Positions 23,894 to 36,136 of a DNA stretch of 64,000 nucleotides are shown in pieces. The stretch's first letter is position 1. Each line of letters starts with the position of its first letter. Made by a program: the position numbers and the translations under genes. The notes under the pieces are model-generated. The model did no database searches and was not told the origin of the DNA. It saw nothing but the letters and a program-made list of their open reading frames with translations. The stretch comes from Octopus sinensis (Eukaryota), in the NCBI RefSeq assembly GCF_006345805.1, contig NC_043004.1:66340001-66404000 (forward strand), written 5' to 3'.

Positions 23894-24769
23894 CACATAT
23901 GCAATAGCGTTTTAGGCAACGAAAACATTAAATAGGATAATATCGAAAACGAAGATGTTTTGCGAACAACGAAAGCAACAGATGTAAACACACGACAGGC
24001 AACATAAAAACTTGTGTGTGTATGCATGTGTGTTTGTATGTGTGTGTATATATGTATGAGTATGGTTGTGTGTGCCTGTGTGTGTGTGTAAGTGTGTGTA
24101 TGTGTGTGTTTATGTGTGTATGTGTGTATGCGTGTGTGTGTGTGTTTATGTGTATGTGTGTGTATGTATGTGTGTCTATGTATGTATTTCTAGCATACGG
24201 CCGACTACCTAGCGGTCTTGTCCTTTGAATATACACATGTATTAGAATTTTCTCTGATTTTTAAGATTTTTGTATGCTAGGCTACTGGTTTTTAAATTGA
24301 TTTTGATTAAATTAATATTAATTTATCTCTCTCATTATTTAAATATTAAAATAAATATGTTCTCTAATAGGCAGCACTAACCGCAGTAAATTATTTACTG
24401 CAGTTCTTCGTTTTCCGGAATTTTTAGCGCGCCAGAAATAAGACATTTGAAATTATCCCTAATGTAATCGGTAAAAATAAACGCGTCTGTTTTGGCACAG
24501 AAAGCTGGGGTTAGTTTTTTCAAATTACATTACCTGTTCGGAACGATCGCACTGACGAAACTGCGGACATTTGTATTATATAAGTAATTCTTTTGTTAAT
24601 AGTTGAAACCGCCGGTATGTGATTAATTCTGTTTTTTTATATAATTTTCATCTGTCTTGCCCGACTAATCGTTCTGGTGTCCGCTGAATTTCCCTCTAGA
24701 GAACATTCTTTGTAGTTTGATCGTTGATTTCTAGCATACAGCCGACTACCTAGCGGTCTTGCCCTTTGA

Positions 24770-24826
<57 letters not shown>

Positions 24827-25199
24827 ATACGAGAATTTTAATTGAGATAAAGCTTCAGTATATAGTACAACTCTTGTTTCGCCCGTATATTAGCTAAAGA
24901 TTAATACATTTGATATCCGAGAAAAATTTCAGATATTTATCTTAAAGTATTCAGAAAAGCAAATTCAGAATTCAGATGTAAGACATGAGGTATTATTCCA
25001 TTCGAGGATCCACATATTTATAATAAGAGTCTGATGATAAGCAAATAGAAATATAAGCCTGAAATATATAAAATATATAAAGGCAAATTCAAAGAGGCAA
25101 TTGAGAGTATTATTCCATACCTGCAGCTGTGTCAGAAAAGTTTTAACGCGTTGCCGGGGTTCCTTTCTCCAGGTAAATTCTAGGAAGGCGGCATAGCAT

Positions 25200-26340
25200 C
25201 ACAAAAACATCAGAATTACGTGTATGAAAAAATGGAAAATGAAAATGATAGATGGAAGTGATACTAACGGCCCCATCCGCTAGCATCCCTTACCTGTCCG
25301 AAATACAATACACGTTAATCTCTATTTTCTTCTCAAATCTCTTTTCCAATTCCGTAATTGTCTCTTTTTCCAATTCCATTCTAAACACTTTATAGTTCAT
25401 CTCTGTACATTTTTCCACGAATTCCTCTAAACGTTCATCCGCCATTAAAGCGCACGTATCGCTGTCCCTGTCACACCATTGATAGTCTTTCAACATCTCT
25501 TTTGCGTCTTTTCTCCTCGTAATAAATAGAAAATTGTGCTGGGTTTCTTTTTCGGTATTTTGTCTGTTTGTTTCTTTTTTTTGTTTTCTTGTTGGTGGGG
25601 CCCGGGTGGGTTCACTGTCTGCAGGGGAAGGGTGGGTCTTAATGGGAGCGGTTGGTGTTGGGTTTGGTTTGGGGTTCACCACTATTAATTTTCTTCCTTC
25701 TTCTCTTTGTCTTCTTCTTTTGTCTTCTTCCCATTCTTTATGAACCTCCTCTCATTCTTATGTTCTCGGTCATTCTCTCTAGTATTTCCGCATCTGCTTG
25801 TACTTTCAATTCCAAAGTTGCTCCTTTCCAGCCTTCATCCTTCACTGTAGCATGGAGGATGTCCACTTCCTTCTCACATCCACTATTACTGCTGCTGCTA
25901 TCCATTCTCCGTCGATGTTAAGGGGTATCCCCTCCACCTTAATCCGAGTGGTTCTCCTGTATCTAATTGTCCTTCTTTGATGCCACTCTCTTCGTTTTGG
26001 TGGCGGTGCCAAATCCACTTCACCACCGACCCTGTTGATAAATGCCTGATAACTTGGCAATTTGGCCAAATCTATCTCTTTTTCCTCCTCTTTTGTCGCT
26101 CCCGCGTATGTCTTGCCTAATTTCTTATCCATCTTCTTTATCGCGTTCTCCAGTTCCTCTTCCGAAGTCGATAATTCCGACACACTATCATACATATTTC
26201 TTCTGGCCATATCTCCCTTAGGGAGGGGCAGCCCACTTCTTCCTTGTCTGTCTCAACACAGACAGACAAAGACCAAAAAACCGTACAACAAAACATTTAA
26301 CAATAAAATTAACACTCAATAAATAAACAGCAACTCACAG
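25200..26340 (-). mobile_element. L1/Tx1-type ORF1 (gag-like) pseudogene fragment
   Basis: Tracked ORF 25842-26210 contains RTTRIKVEGIPLNIDGEWIAAAV, resembling the RNA-binding segment of Tx1/L1 ORF1. Frameshifted continuation runs through a Pro-rich linker and a charged C-terminus (ORF 25290-25682). No adjacent ORF2 downstream. Confidence 0.55.
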
Positions 26341-26507
26341 GTCAAATGCGGCATAACATGGTCCGATTTAGTAATGAGGATTACTAGGCTTAAATAAGAA
26401 ATTAAAACGATTGACTGGAGAACGTTTACTTAATCATGCAAATAATAGCTTATGGGAATGTTCCATTATGTGCTGATATACTACTATAACCAAGGAATAC
26501 TTATATA

Positions 26508-27160
26508 CAGTGGCGAAAATATATATTACAGATGATAAAAGTTCGATTTCTTATAAAATAATAATGTTAAATTAATATAAGCGTTTCAAATTTACCAGCA
26601 AAATTAGTTAAGACCGCATCATTTTAATTTTATTTAAAGCTTAAGATTGTAGCAAAGATGAGCAACAAGAACGAAATACATATTAGTACTTTGTGTTGCA
26701 GCCTTCATTCTTAATAAGTAGTGAACAACGCCTCGACATTGAATTCGCTAAGTGATTACAAAATTCTATGGGAATGTTTTGCCATATTTCATTGATATAT
26801 TCGAATAATTGTTTTAGATTAGATGATTTTTTAAGCATAATTCCACAGGTTCTCGATCGGATTTAGTTTCGGGCTCTGGGGAGGCCATTCGATTACGTCA
26901 ATGTTATGGTGATCAAATAATTCCATAACCTTTTTGGATTTGTGCACAGGACTATTGCCCTGCTCATAAATAGCCAACTGCGCCATCGTTTTTCTTGGGG
27001 TGCCAGTCCTTTGCCGACCTTTATATTGACCAGTCTCCGAAAATAACTTCCACGCTTGCACGCAAGCCGTTTTACTGCACTTTAGTAGTTTACTGATGTT
27101 CGAAAAGGAAACATTTTGCTGCTGGAATAACACGATTTTTGCTCTCTTGACTGGACTAAG
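26508..27160 (-). mobile_element. Internally deleted Tc1-like transposon
   Basis: ORF 26831-27133 joins an N-terminal HTH/GRPRKT-like region to the C-terminal QGNSPVH...WPPQSPKLNPIENLW motif. The terminus TA+CAGTGG lies at 26506-26513. Confidence 0.85.
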
Positions 27161-27164
27161 GCTA

Positions 27165-28900
27165 CGTTTCTAGCCCTATTTTCCTTCTTAGGTGGAAGGT
27201 GAAGAAATTCACCAACCCAGGGCCAGAGATAAATATGCCTGTTATTAAACCTTTTATTCGCGTCTTCCAAATCACCTTTCTTGCAATTGTTACTACGATG
27301 TGAAAGCAATTCTTACCTTCTTTCGATAGGAAATCCGGTGGGGCAATTTTTACTATTGACTCAGTCGATAACTGTACTCTTCCTGTACTAGACAGTAGTT
27401 GTTCGGCATAAACCCACACGTCTGAAACAACCGAACATTGAACAATAGCATGCAGGATGGTTTCCCTGACTCACCCACAACTTGTACAGGTCGGTGGGTT
27501 AGGGCCACCATGATTGCGAGTTTGTCCCGGACAGGTAAGGCCCCTCGGTAACAGTGCCATGCCAAACACGTCTGGAAGTTATCCAGTGTCTTCGGCCCGA
27601 ATGTACGTTGGAACAGATTGGCCAGCTGATTATTTTCGAGATCAAGGGCTTCCCCAAGCTATCGTCACATTTCGCCTCTACCAACCCTCTATTGAAGAAT
27701 GTGGTAGAACCACTACTGCAGGTGTTGCCCGAGAGAGGGAATATCCGGAGAGTCTTAAGACACTCCGTATACCATGTACGTAACTTCGATCTACGATAGA
27801 ACCAGATCTCCAGTCCACCGAAGCAAGTGAACTTGGGAAACAACTGTTTCTCCACGCGGTCACCATCCAGATGGAGTCACAGATGCCACGAACTCAGCGC
27901 GTACCTGCACATCATCAGCCAAGGCATCCCTAGCCCACCCTTTAACGGGTGTTGGCAGCAAATAGAGCGTCTCACAAGCGTCTTCGAACCCTTCCACAAG
28001 AAGCGGAAGAGCTGTTTTTCCAGCTTGTACCCTATCAAAAGCCTTTGATTGGTCTAAATCAACGACTGTCCCTACCTTGCAAGAATCATTATGAAACCCT
28101 TCTACAGTGCACTGTAGAAGTTTGAGATTATCCTGAATGGTTCTAACGGGAAACGGCACATGGCTGTGCCTTCCCGAGCAAGCCATCCGCTACACGCGCC
28201 AATCTTTTCTAGAACACTTTGGCCAAAATCTTCAACTCTGTGTTTAGCAGAGTGATGGGCCGTAAATTATCAATGCAGTCTCCCGTTGTTCGGGTCCTTT
28301 TTGAAAACCCTCACCACTCCCCGCCGCAAGGATCTGGGAATGAACCCATTCTGCTGCCAGTTCGCTTAGACATTCGCCAGCAGGTGCCCGAACAAGTCTG
28401 GCATACTCTTATACAGTTCATTGGGTAGATCATCCAGTCCCGGTGCTTTACCCGCGTCGCGGTGCGCCATAGCCTTAATTACCTCCTCGGGCGTGATCGG
28501 CCCTTCACAACACTCCACGTCAAGCTCCGAGACGCGCGGCAGACGGCGAGGAAATCCGTTAGGTCCCTCTTACTGTCCGGTCCGCTTCCCCCACCCCGAA
28601 AATGTGGGCGCAGTGCTCCTGAAAGACCTCACGCATCTCTTCGGGGTCGTTTATCAACTTACCTGTTTGGTTCATCAAAGATCGAATTGTGCCATCGTTG
28701 CCACGTTGAGCTTCAATCACTCGGGCCCATCTTGCTGGCTTGATTCCTTCACAACCCAATGTACGAATCCTGGCTCCAATAATGCAACCCATATATTGTG
28801 CTTCGAGATACTGGTTTAACACCAGTCTCTTGGCCGTCACCTGAGCTGCAGAGCCAGATCCCATTTCTTCCTCCAAGTCCTTAGCTAATGCTAATCCCTT
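27165..28900 (-). mobile_element. L1/Tx1-clade LINE ORF2 (reverse transcriptase) pseudogene with internal deletion
   Basis: Manual and tracked translations give APGLDDLPNELYKSMPDLFGHLL, DNLRPITLLNTELKILAKV, RTIQDNLKLL, VDLDQSKAFDRV and a C-terminal IARKVIWKTR. Many stops and frameshifts. Confidence 0.9.
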
Positions 28901-28909
28901 CCTAATATA

Positions 28910-29150
28910 TCTATATATATAAGACTGAGAATGTGTGTGTGTTTGAGTATTTGTCTGTCTGCACGAATCCCTAAAACTTGAGAACTACTCAACCAATTTC
29001 ATTCAAATATAATACATGTCTTACTTAGAGTCAATGTAGTGTCATGGCAAAAAATATGTTTAACTTCTTGCCTAGGGCGGGCCCATAGCAATATCATATC
29101 TTCTCCACTATTTGAGTATTACGAGTTAAAAGTGAATTAAAAACATCTCT
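28910..29150 (+). mobile_element. 5' part of a non-autonomous Helitron-like element, truncating the Tx1 LINE
   Basis: A|TCTATATATATAAG start, homologous to 23676-23790. Confidence 0.65.
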
Positions 29151-29379
29151 CTATTGTATGTATATGGATGTATGTATATATATATATATAGATGTATATG
29201 TGTACATGTATATGTATAGCTGTATATGTATAGGTGTATTTCTATAGATATACATATATATGTATACATGTATGTCTAGATGTATATATATATAGATGTT
29301 CATGTAATATATACACATATATAGATGCATACATATATAAACCCATACACACACCTCCACCCCCCACACTCACATACAT

Positions 29380-29462
29380 AGGTGCAGGTTTGGCTGTGTG
29401 ATAACACACTTGGTTCCAAGACACATGGTCCTCAGTTCAGTCCCACTCTGTGGTAACTTGGC
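29380..29462 (+). mobile_element. SINE family A head fragment
   Basis: TGGCTGTGTG...CACATGGT...GTTCAGTCCCACT matches the family A head. Confidence 0.65.
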
Positions 29463-29569
29463 ATTAACACTGCCAGAACATCGGACCCTACACTGAGAAA
29501 ATGTTTTACCATTTCTATCAACGTTTCCCTCAGTAGCTGTCCAAACTCATCTGCAGAAATAGGTGGAAT

Positions 29570-31110
29570 TATATCAGGGAAGCTTTGTATACCACATCAA
29601 TAAATACTTTCGGCATGAGAGAAAGGCAAAACCCAGATTGGTTCAGTGCTGAGCTCTCAGAGCTGGAAACAGTTATCGAAGCGAAGCGTGCAGCTCTGAT
29701 GCAATACAAGAGTGATTCTTCTACAAAGTCACTCGAAGAACTCAGGCAAGAAATAAAACCCAACTGACAGCCAGACGCTGTGCAAATAGATATTGGCAGG
29801 AAATCTGTCAGAGTATCAAGTCAACTGCTGAGAGCGGCGACACCCATGGGATGTATATCAGTTTGAAGAAGGCCCTCGGTCCATCCGCAACCAAGTCAGC
29901 CCCTGAAATCCACTACTGGAGATCTCATCAAGGACCAAAGCAAGCAAATGGATAGATGGGTGGAGTACTACCAGGATCTCTACTCACGGGAGACCACGGT
30001 AGCTGAGACTGCAATCGAGGGTGTCAAGATCTTGCCAGTCATGTGTGAACTTGACAGTCTGCCATCTATAGCAGAGCTCACCACGGCTATTGACTCCCTA
30101 GCAAGTAACAAGGCTCCGGGAAAAGACGTCTTCCCCTAAGAGGCCATCAAAACTGGCTAAAACACTATCCTGCTTCGGCACATGCATGAGCTTCAGTGTC
30201 AGTGCTGGGGAGAGGGTAGAATCCCTCACGATATGCGGGATGCTGACATCATTGCGCTTTACAAAAACAGATGTGGACGTGGTGATTGTAACAATTACCG
30301 TGGAATATCTCTTCTAAGCACTGTTGGAAAGGCCTTTGCTCGCGTTATCCTGTCCAGGCTACAATTGCTTGCTTCTCGAATTTATCCAGAATCGCAGTGT
30401 GGCTTTAGAAGCAGATCAACTATTGACATGATATTCTCCATACGCCAACTTCAGGAGTTCAGAGAGCAGAACATGCCATTATATATGGCCTTCATTGATC
30501 TGACAAAGCCTTTGATTTGGTAAGTAGAAAAGGTCTCTTCATCCTGCTCCAAAAAATCGGATGTCCACCAAAGCTGCTGAGGATCATCAAATCTTTCCAT
30601 GATGATATGCAAAGCACCATACAGCACAATGGTTCAAAATCAGCCGCCTTCCAAATAATGGCGCAAAGCAAGGTTGTGCCATGCTCCTACATTATTTGGC
30701 TTCCCGCTGCTGCTGTCATATGCCTTTAAGACCTCAGATGATGGAGTGGTTCTGCACAGTAGAAGTGACGGGAAACTGTTCAATCTCTCGCATCTGCGTT
30801 CAAGACCAAAATCAGAAGCCTCCTGATCAAGGACGTGCTATTTGCCAATGATGACGCTCTGGTATCACACACAGAAGCCCTACAGAGGCTCATCGACTGT
30901 TTTGAGCAAGCATGTAGCGACTTTGGATAAGTTATCAGCCTCAAGAAGACCAACATCATGGGTCAGGCTATATCGGACATCCCAAACATACATATTGGAG
31001 ACCAAAAACTACAGGAGGTGGATAAGTTTACCTATTTTAGCTCTACCGTCACATACGACCTATCCCTTGATGCTGAGCTCAATATACGCATTGGCAAGGC
31101 AGCTGCTGTG
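29570..31110 (+). mobile_element. RTE-clade (BovB-like) LINE ORF pseudogene
   Basis: Frameshifted ORFs give QNPDWF, DRWVEYYQDLYS, SNKAPGKD, DCNNYRGISLLSTVGKAFARVIL, PESQCGFR, STIDMIFSIRQLQE and LYMAFIDLTK, plus the coding of LFANDDAL (YADD-equivalent) near 30838. Confidence 0.93.
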
Positions 31111-32099
31111 AAATACATCAACTAGCATAACACGTAGAAGTATGTTAAAAACATTGCATGATTTCAAAATGTTTCTTGCAGTTGATAAAATGTAGAGAAT
31201 AGCATAAAATTTCTGGTTTAAAATTTCTCCTTGCTTTCATATCGAATTTTAAAACTCGCTCGTAAGAAATTCACCTCCCTAGGGAAATAAAGGGAAAAAT
31301 ATCCCTTAGATAGATGATGTCGTGATGCTTGTCAAATCTATCGCGTTAACTGATGAACTTCCATGTAAAGATAAACGGTCTTGAGCATCACGCGATGAAC
31401 TAAAATGGGTATCTAAAAGTAAATAGACACAATGTGGATAGCTAATGGTAAAGAGTGAGCATGTTTCTGCTACACATATATTTATTGTACTTCATATTCA
31501 TATTCGTACTGATATCTCTATATATACTTAGATAAAATTATCCCTTTTAAATAAGTCATTGGTGTGTCCGTAAGAAGATAACATTCGAACTATGCGGTCT
31601 TGGGTTCAATCACACTACGCAGCCTCCTGAATATATGGCTCTTAATTCTGTTCCGAGCCGATTGTATGTATGTATCAGTTAATGTGGTGTATGTGTATCC
31701 TACACTGGGTGATAACCGGTATTGATATGTTTCCATCCGCGCAATGCAGCGGCTCCGCAAAAGTAACGGAAAAATTATGTACCAGATTTTATGAACAAAA
31801 GTAATAATTACTAGATAACTCTGCTGTGGTTTCCTTATTTTCTTTTGCTCTTTTACTTTTCATGAATTTTTCAAATTGTGACGATAATTTAAGGACACAA
31901 TGATGTTCCCGTGCTCATGAACTTGCACCGATACAAGCGCACATCCACAAACTCATATCATTACTACCACATGGAATCTTCATGATCATATTGAGAGTTA
32001 AAACAGACAAAATGCTTAGCGGCTCTCTGTTCTTCTTTACATTGTGAGTTCAAAATTCTGCTGAGGTCAAAACCATTTTCCATCCTTCAACGTCGGTAA

Positions 32100-32242
32100 A
32101 CACACATATGTTTGTGTGTATGTGTTTGTCCCCCAGCAACGCTTGACAACCGAGGCTTACAAAGAATAAGTCCTGGGGTCGAGGTGCCCGACTAAAGGTG
32201 CTGCTCCAGCATGGCCACAGCCAAATGACTGAAGCACATAAA
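32100..32242 (+). mobile_element. SINE family A 3' fragment
   Basis: AAAGAATAAGTCCTGGGGTCGA...GCTCCAGCATGGCCACAG...AAATGACTGAA. Confidence 0.75.
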
Positions 32243-32329
32243 AGAGTAAAAGATTAAAAGTGTATATATATCGAAAATGTTTAAAAAATTGAACAATCAA
32301 ACTTTATATGCATATGCAGCAATTATATA

Positions 32330-32416
32330 CTCTGAAGATATCATACTAATGATCGATAAATCGCTGCATACGAATATGCAACAATATGTGATTGGTAAGA
32401 TCGAAACACGTGTCGG
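32330..32416 (+). ncRNA. Hammerhead ribozyme fold with extended, branched stem II
   Basis: CT-CTGAAGA-TATCATAC...[TGCATA-CGAA-TATGCA hairpin]...GGTAAGATC-GAAA-CACGTG-TC-GG. The core is intact, stem III is the palindrome ACACGTGT and the triplet is GUC. The stem II closing pair is mismatched and stem I is short. Confidence 0.6.
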
Positions 32417-32690
32417 ACTATTATACTAACTGGAAATAAAATTTAAGTTTGAATGTTCGAAATCTTCATTCTCCTTATTTTCAATATCGCACTTTACACT
32501 CTTATTAGCCAATAAATAAACTGGAACATCGGATGAGAGCTACAGGTAGATTACCAAAAAACGCACCCTCTCAAGACGCCAGACGTGGCAGTAACTCAGA
32601 GAAATTCGGTATCTGCCGGGATCTCGCATCTCTCCTTTTTCTACACAAACACACACATATGTATGTATGCATGTATGTATATATGTATGT

Positions 32691-32726
<36 letters not shown>

Positions 32727-32830
32727 CGTATTTGTGTGTGGTGTGTGTATGTGTGTGTATATATGTAAATATTTATATATATATATACATATATATGTAT
32801 ATATATTTATATACATATATATTTATATAC

Positions 32831-33215
32831 AGGAGTGGCTGTGTGTTAAGTAGCTTGCTTACCAACCACATGGTTCCGGGTTCAGTCCCACTGCGTAGCA
32901 CCTTGGGTAAGTCTCTTGTACTATAACCTCAGGCCGACCAAACCTTGTGAGTGCATTTGGTAGACGGAAACTGAAAGCTTCCATCATATATATGTATTTG
33001 TATATATATGTGTGTGTGTTTGTGTCTGTGTTTGTCCGCAACATCATTTGACAACCGATGCTGGTGTATTTACGTCTCCGTAACTTAGCGGTTCGGCGAA
33101 AGAGCCCGATAGAATAAGTACTAGGCTTGCAAAGAATAAGTCATGGGGTAGATTCGCTCGACTAAAGGAGGTGTTCCAGCATGGCCGCTGTCAAATTACT
33201 GAAACAATTAAAGGG
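32831..33215 (+). mobile_element. SINE family A, full length
   Basis: AGGAGTGGCTGTGTGTTAAG (A-box-like), GGTTCAGTCCC (B-box-like), GCACCTTGGGTAAG core, internal TA/TG tract and tail CAGCATGGCCGCTGTCAAAT. Confidence 0.9.
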
Positions 33216-33235
33216 TATTAACGTATATATATACA

Positions 33236-33748
33236 CTAGCAGTATCGCCCGGCGTTGCTCGGGTTTGTAAGGGAAATAACTATATAAGCATTTTTAAGGA
33301 GTTACTTCCCTTATAGATGCCAATTCGGGCTTTCTTAGCCATTTCTGTTTTGGTGTTTTCAAGCCATGAAGTCGTTGTTCTAAAAGAACGCTGGTCTCCT
33401 TGACAACGCATTACGACGTTGATTTCCTTAAACTCCCTTCCCCACAGCTTCACGAGGGAGGGAAGAAGGGGGAGAAGCAAACAGGTGCAGGTGTGACCAT
33501 GGACGCCAACTCCGCCGCCATCGACACACGAAAAATTATGCATTAAAATGGAATAAAAAATGATGTTAAATTATTTTAAAAATCGTAGACTCATTGTAGA
33601 CCCGCGCTAATACTCAGACGGGCTCGATATGAATCACGACTATAAGATACCCGAATTTGGTTAAACTGCACCGCAAAATGTGGGAGTAGTTAGGAATCTA
33701 AATCGAAGGGGACAGACACTCTCACCACTACAGTTTTATATATATAGA
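33236..33748 (-). mobile_element. Complete non-autonomous Helitron
   Basis: On the minus strand it begins TCTATATATATAAAA and ends with the GC-rich hairpin CCCGAGCAACGCCGGG then CTAG. It is inserted between A and T with no TSD. Confidence 0.85.
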
Positions 33749-34399
33749 TATCTACATATATGTATGTATGAACCTATATCAACGGATACTTAGAGACATC
33801 TGGTTATGGTTGGCCAATATTTATAATTCCATTCCTAAAGTAAGTTGAAGTGTTTCTATGTACTCTGGAATGATTGTGGAATATATAAAATGAGGAAAAT
33901 TTAGCAGATATTTGTAGATGTTAACTGGAAACACTGAGGCAAACATTTACGTTTTTTTTTTTTAGATATTAAACCTGAAATTTACTAAAACTGATCGTGA
34001 TGTCCTCGATGCTGCTATCAATTAGTTCTAATGCATATAAACGATTTGCATTTCCATCCACACAAAGATATGTAATTTACTTTAAATGTAAAAAAAAAGT
34101 TAAGCATGCAAACATATCAATTTGAAATGCAAAGTTTGCATAAGTAAATAGAAAGGGAGAGTTACGCTGATGCATACGCATTGAATTAAATATATTTACT
34201 GTGACAGATTTTGAAATTGAATTTTAAACAACGTATTAACGAATAGCAAACATCCGACGTATCATTAGGGTAAATTAGAAAAAAGTCTACTTGACTATTT
34301 TTCTCGCTACACCGTATTTTTTTTTATATACTGTATGAATATTTGTAATTTAACTATCTATTACTGTATCACTTCTGCATCCATTTCTCCATGCCTGGG

Positions 34400-34507
34400 T
34401 ATACATTCATACATGCATACATACATACATACATACATACATACATAAAAAAATAATATAACACACACACATATGTATATAAGTACGTATGTATGTATAT
34501 ATATGTA

Positions 34508-34604
<97 letters not shown>

Positions 34605-34660
34605 GTATATATAAATATACACACACACACATATATATACATATATATATATACACACAT
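34400..34660. repeat. Compound (CATA)n/(TA)n microsatellite
   Basis: Directly visible. Confidence 0.95.
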
Positions 34661-35179
34661 ATAACTGTGCCTGTATGCATGTCTATGCCAATAAGAGAGT
34701 GGGTTTCTTGTCTGAGTCAAGTCAGCACTACTTCAATAAGATGAATGCGTCCGCATACGCTTATAAAGATGTATATATATGTGTTTGTCTGTGTGTGTGT
34801 TTATGTGCGTTTTTGTGCTTGTGTGTGTTGGGATATATGCATTACATGACATTACAGAAACCTAAATAAGAGGAAACACGAGTTTCTACTTTATTCATTT
34901 AGCATATGTTACATCAAATATAAATTTATTACAAGTCCCCATTATCTGAAAACCTGTTTAAAAACCTATTACTACCACTCAAATAACAGAAGTAATAACA
35001 ACAATCACACAAATAAGATATTTTTTCAAAAAAATGCAAATAACAAAATAAAAGAAAAAGAAACACTTTCATATTCATCATTAGGCTTTAGAAATTTGTT
35101 AAGAAATATTTGAGATTGAACATCACAACGTGCCTAATGCAGCACGAAGTATATTTTGCTTTCAGTAATAATAGCAAAT

Positions 35180-35900
35180 GAGGCGGCGAGCTGGCAGAAT
35201 TGTTAGCACGCCGGGCGTTCTGAGTTCAAATTCCGCCGAGGTCGACTTTGCCTTTCATACTTTCGGGGTCGATAAATTAAGTACCAGTTACACACTGGGG
35301 TCGATATAATCGACTTAATCCGTTTGTCAGTCCTTGTTTGGCCTCTCTGTGTTTAGCCCCTTGTGGGTAGTAAAGAAATAGGTATTTCGCCCATCGCTGC
35401 GTTCTGATTTTAAATTCTGCCAAGGTGGACTTTGCCTTCCATCCTTAAAGGTGATGAGCTGGCAGAAGCGTTAGCACGCCGGGCGAAATGCTTAGCGGTA
35501 ATTTGCCTACTGCTACGTTCTGAGTTCAAATTCGCTGAGGTCGACTTTGGCTTCCATCCTTTCGGGGTCGATTAAATAAGTACCAGTTACGCACTGGAGT
35601 CGATATAATCGACTTAATCCGTTTGTATGTCCTTGTTTGTCCTCTCTGTGTTTAGCCCCTTGTGGGTAGTAAAAGAATAGGTATTTCATCTGCGCTACGT
35701 TCTGAGTTCAAATTTAATCGCGGCCGACTTTGCTTTTCATCATTTCGGGGTCGATAAATTAACTACCGATCACGCACTGGGGTCGATGTAATCGACTTAA
35801 TACCTTTGTCTGTCCTTGTTTATCCCCTCTATTTTTAGCCCCTTGTGGGTAATAAAGAAAGAGGTATTTTGTCTGTCATTACCATTTGAGTTCAAATTCT
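35180..35900 (+). mobile_element. SINE family B head-to-tail multimer
   Basis: The roughly 185-bp body (CGTTCTGAGTTCAAATT...GTCGACTTTGCC...GGGGTCGAT...GCCCCTTGTGGGTAGTAAAGAAATAGGTATTT) recurs at about 35216, 35516 and 35697, with partial units at about 35400 and 35890. Confidence 0.85.
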
Positions 35901-35957
35901 GCGTATACATATGATTATTCATATATTCAAATAAATACGGTCTCTCTAATACACGCA

Positions 35958-36068
<111 letters not shown>

Positions 36069-36136
36069 TTCTCTGGCAGTCTGACTGTCCTTGCTTCGCT
36101 TACTCACGCGCACGCACACACAAATATATAGATAGA

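Noticed and set aside
25200-28900. Single full-length L1/Tx1 element comprising the ORF1 and ORF2 fragments
   Set aside because: On the minus strand ORF2 precedes ORF1 and a Tc1 remnant lies between them, so the order is incompatible with one element.
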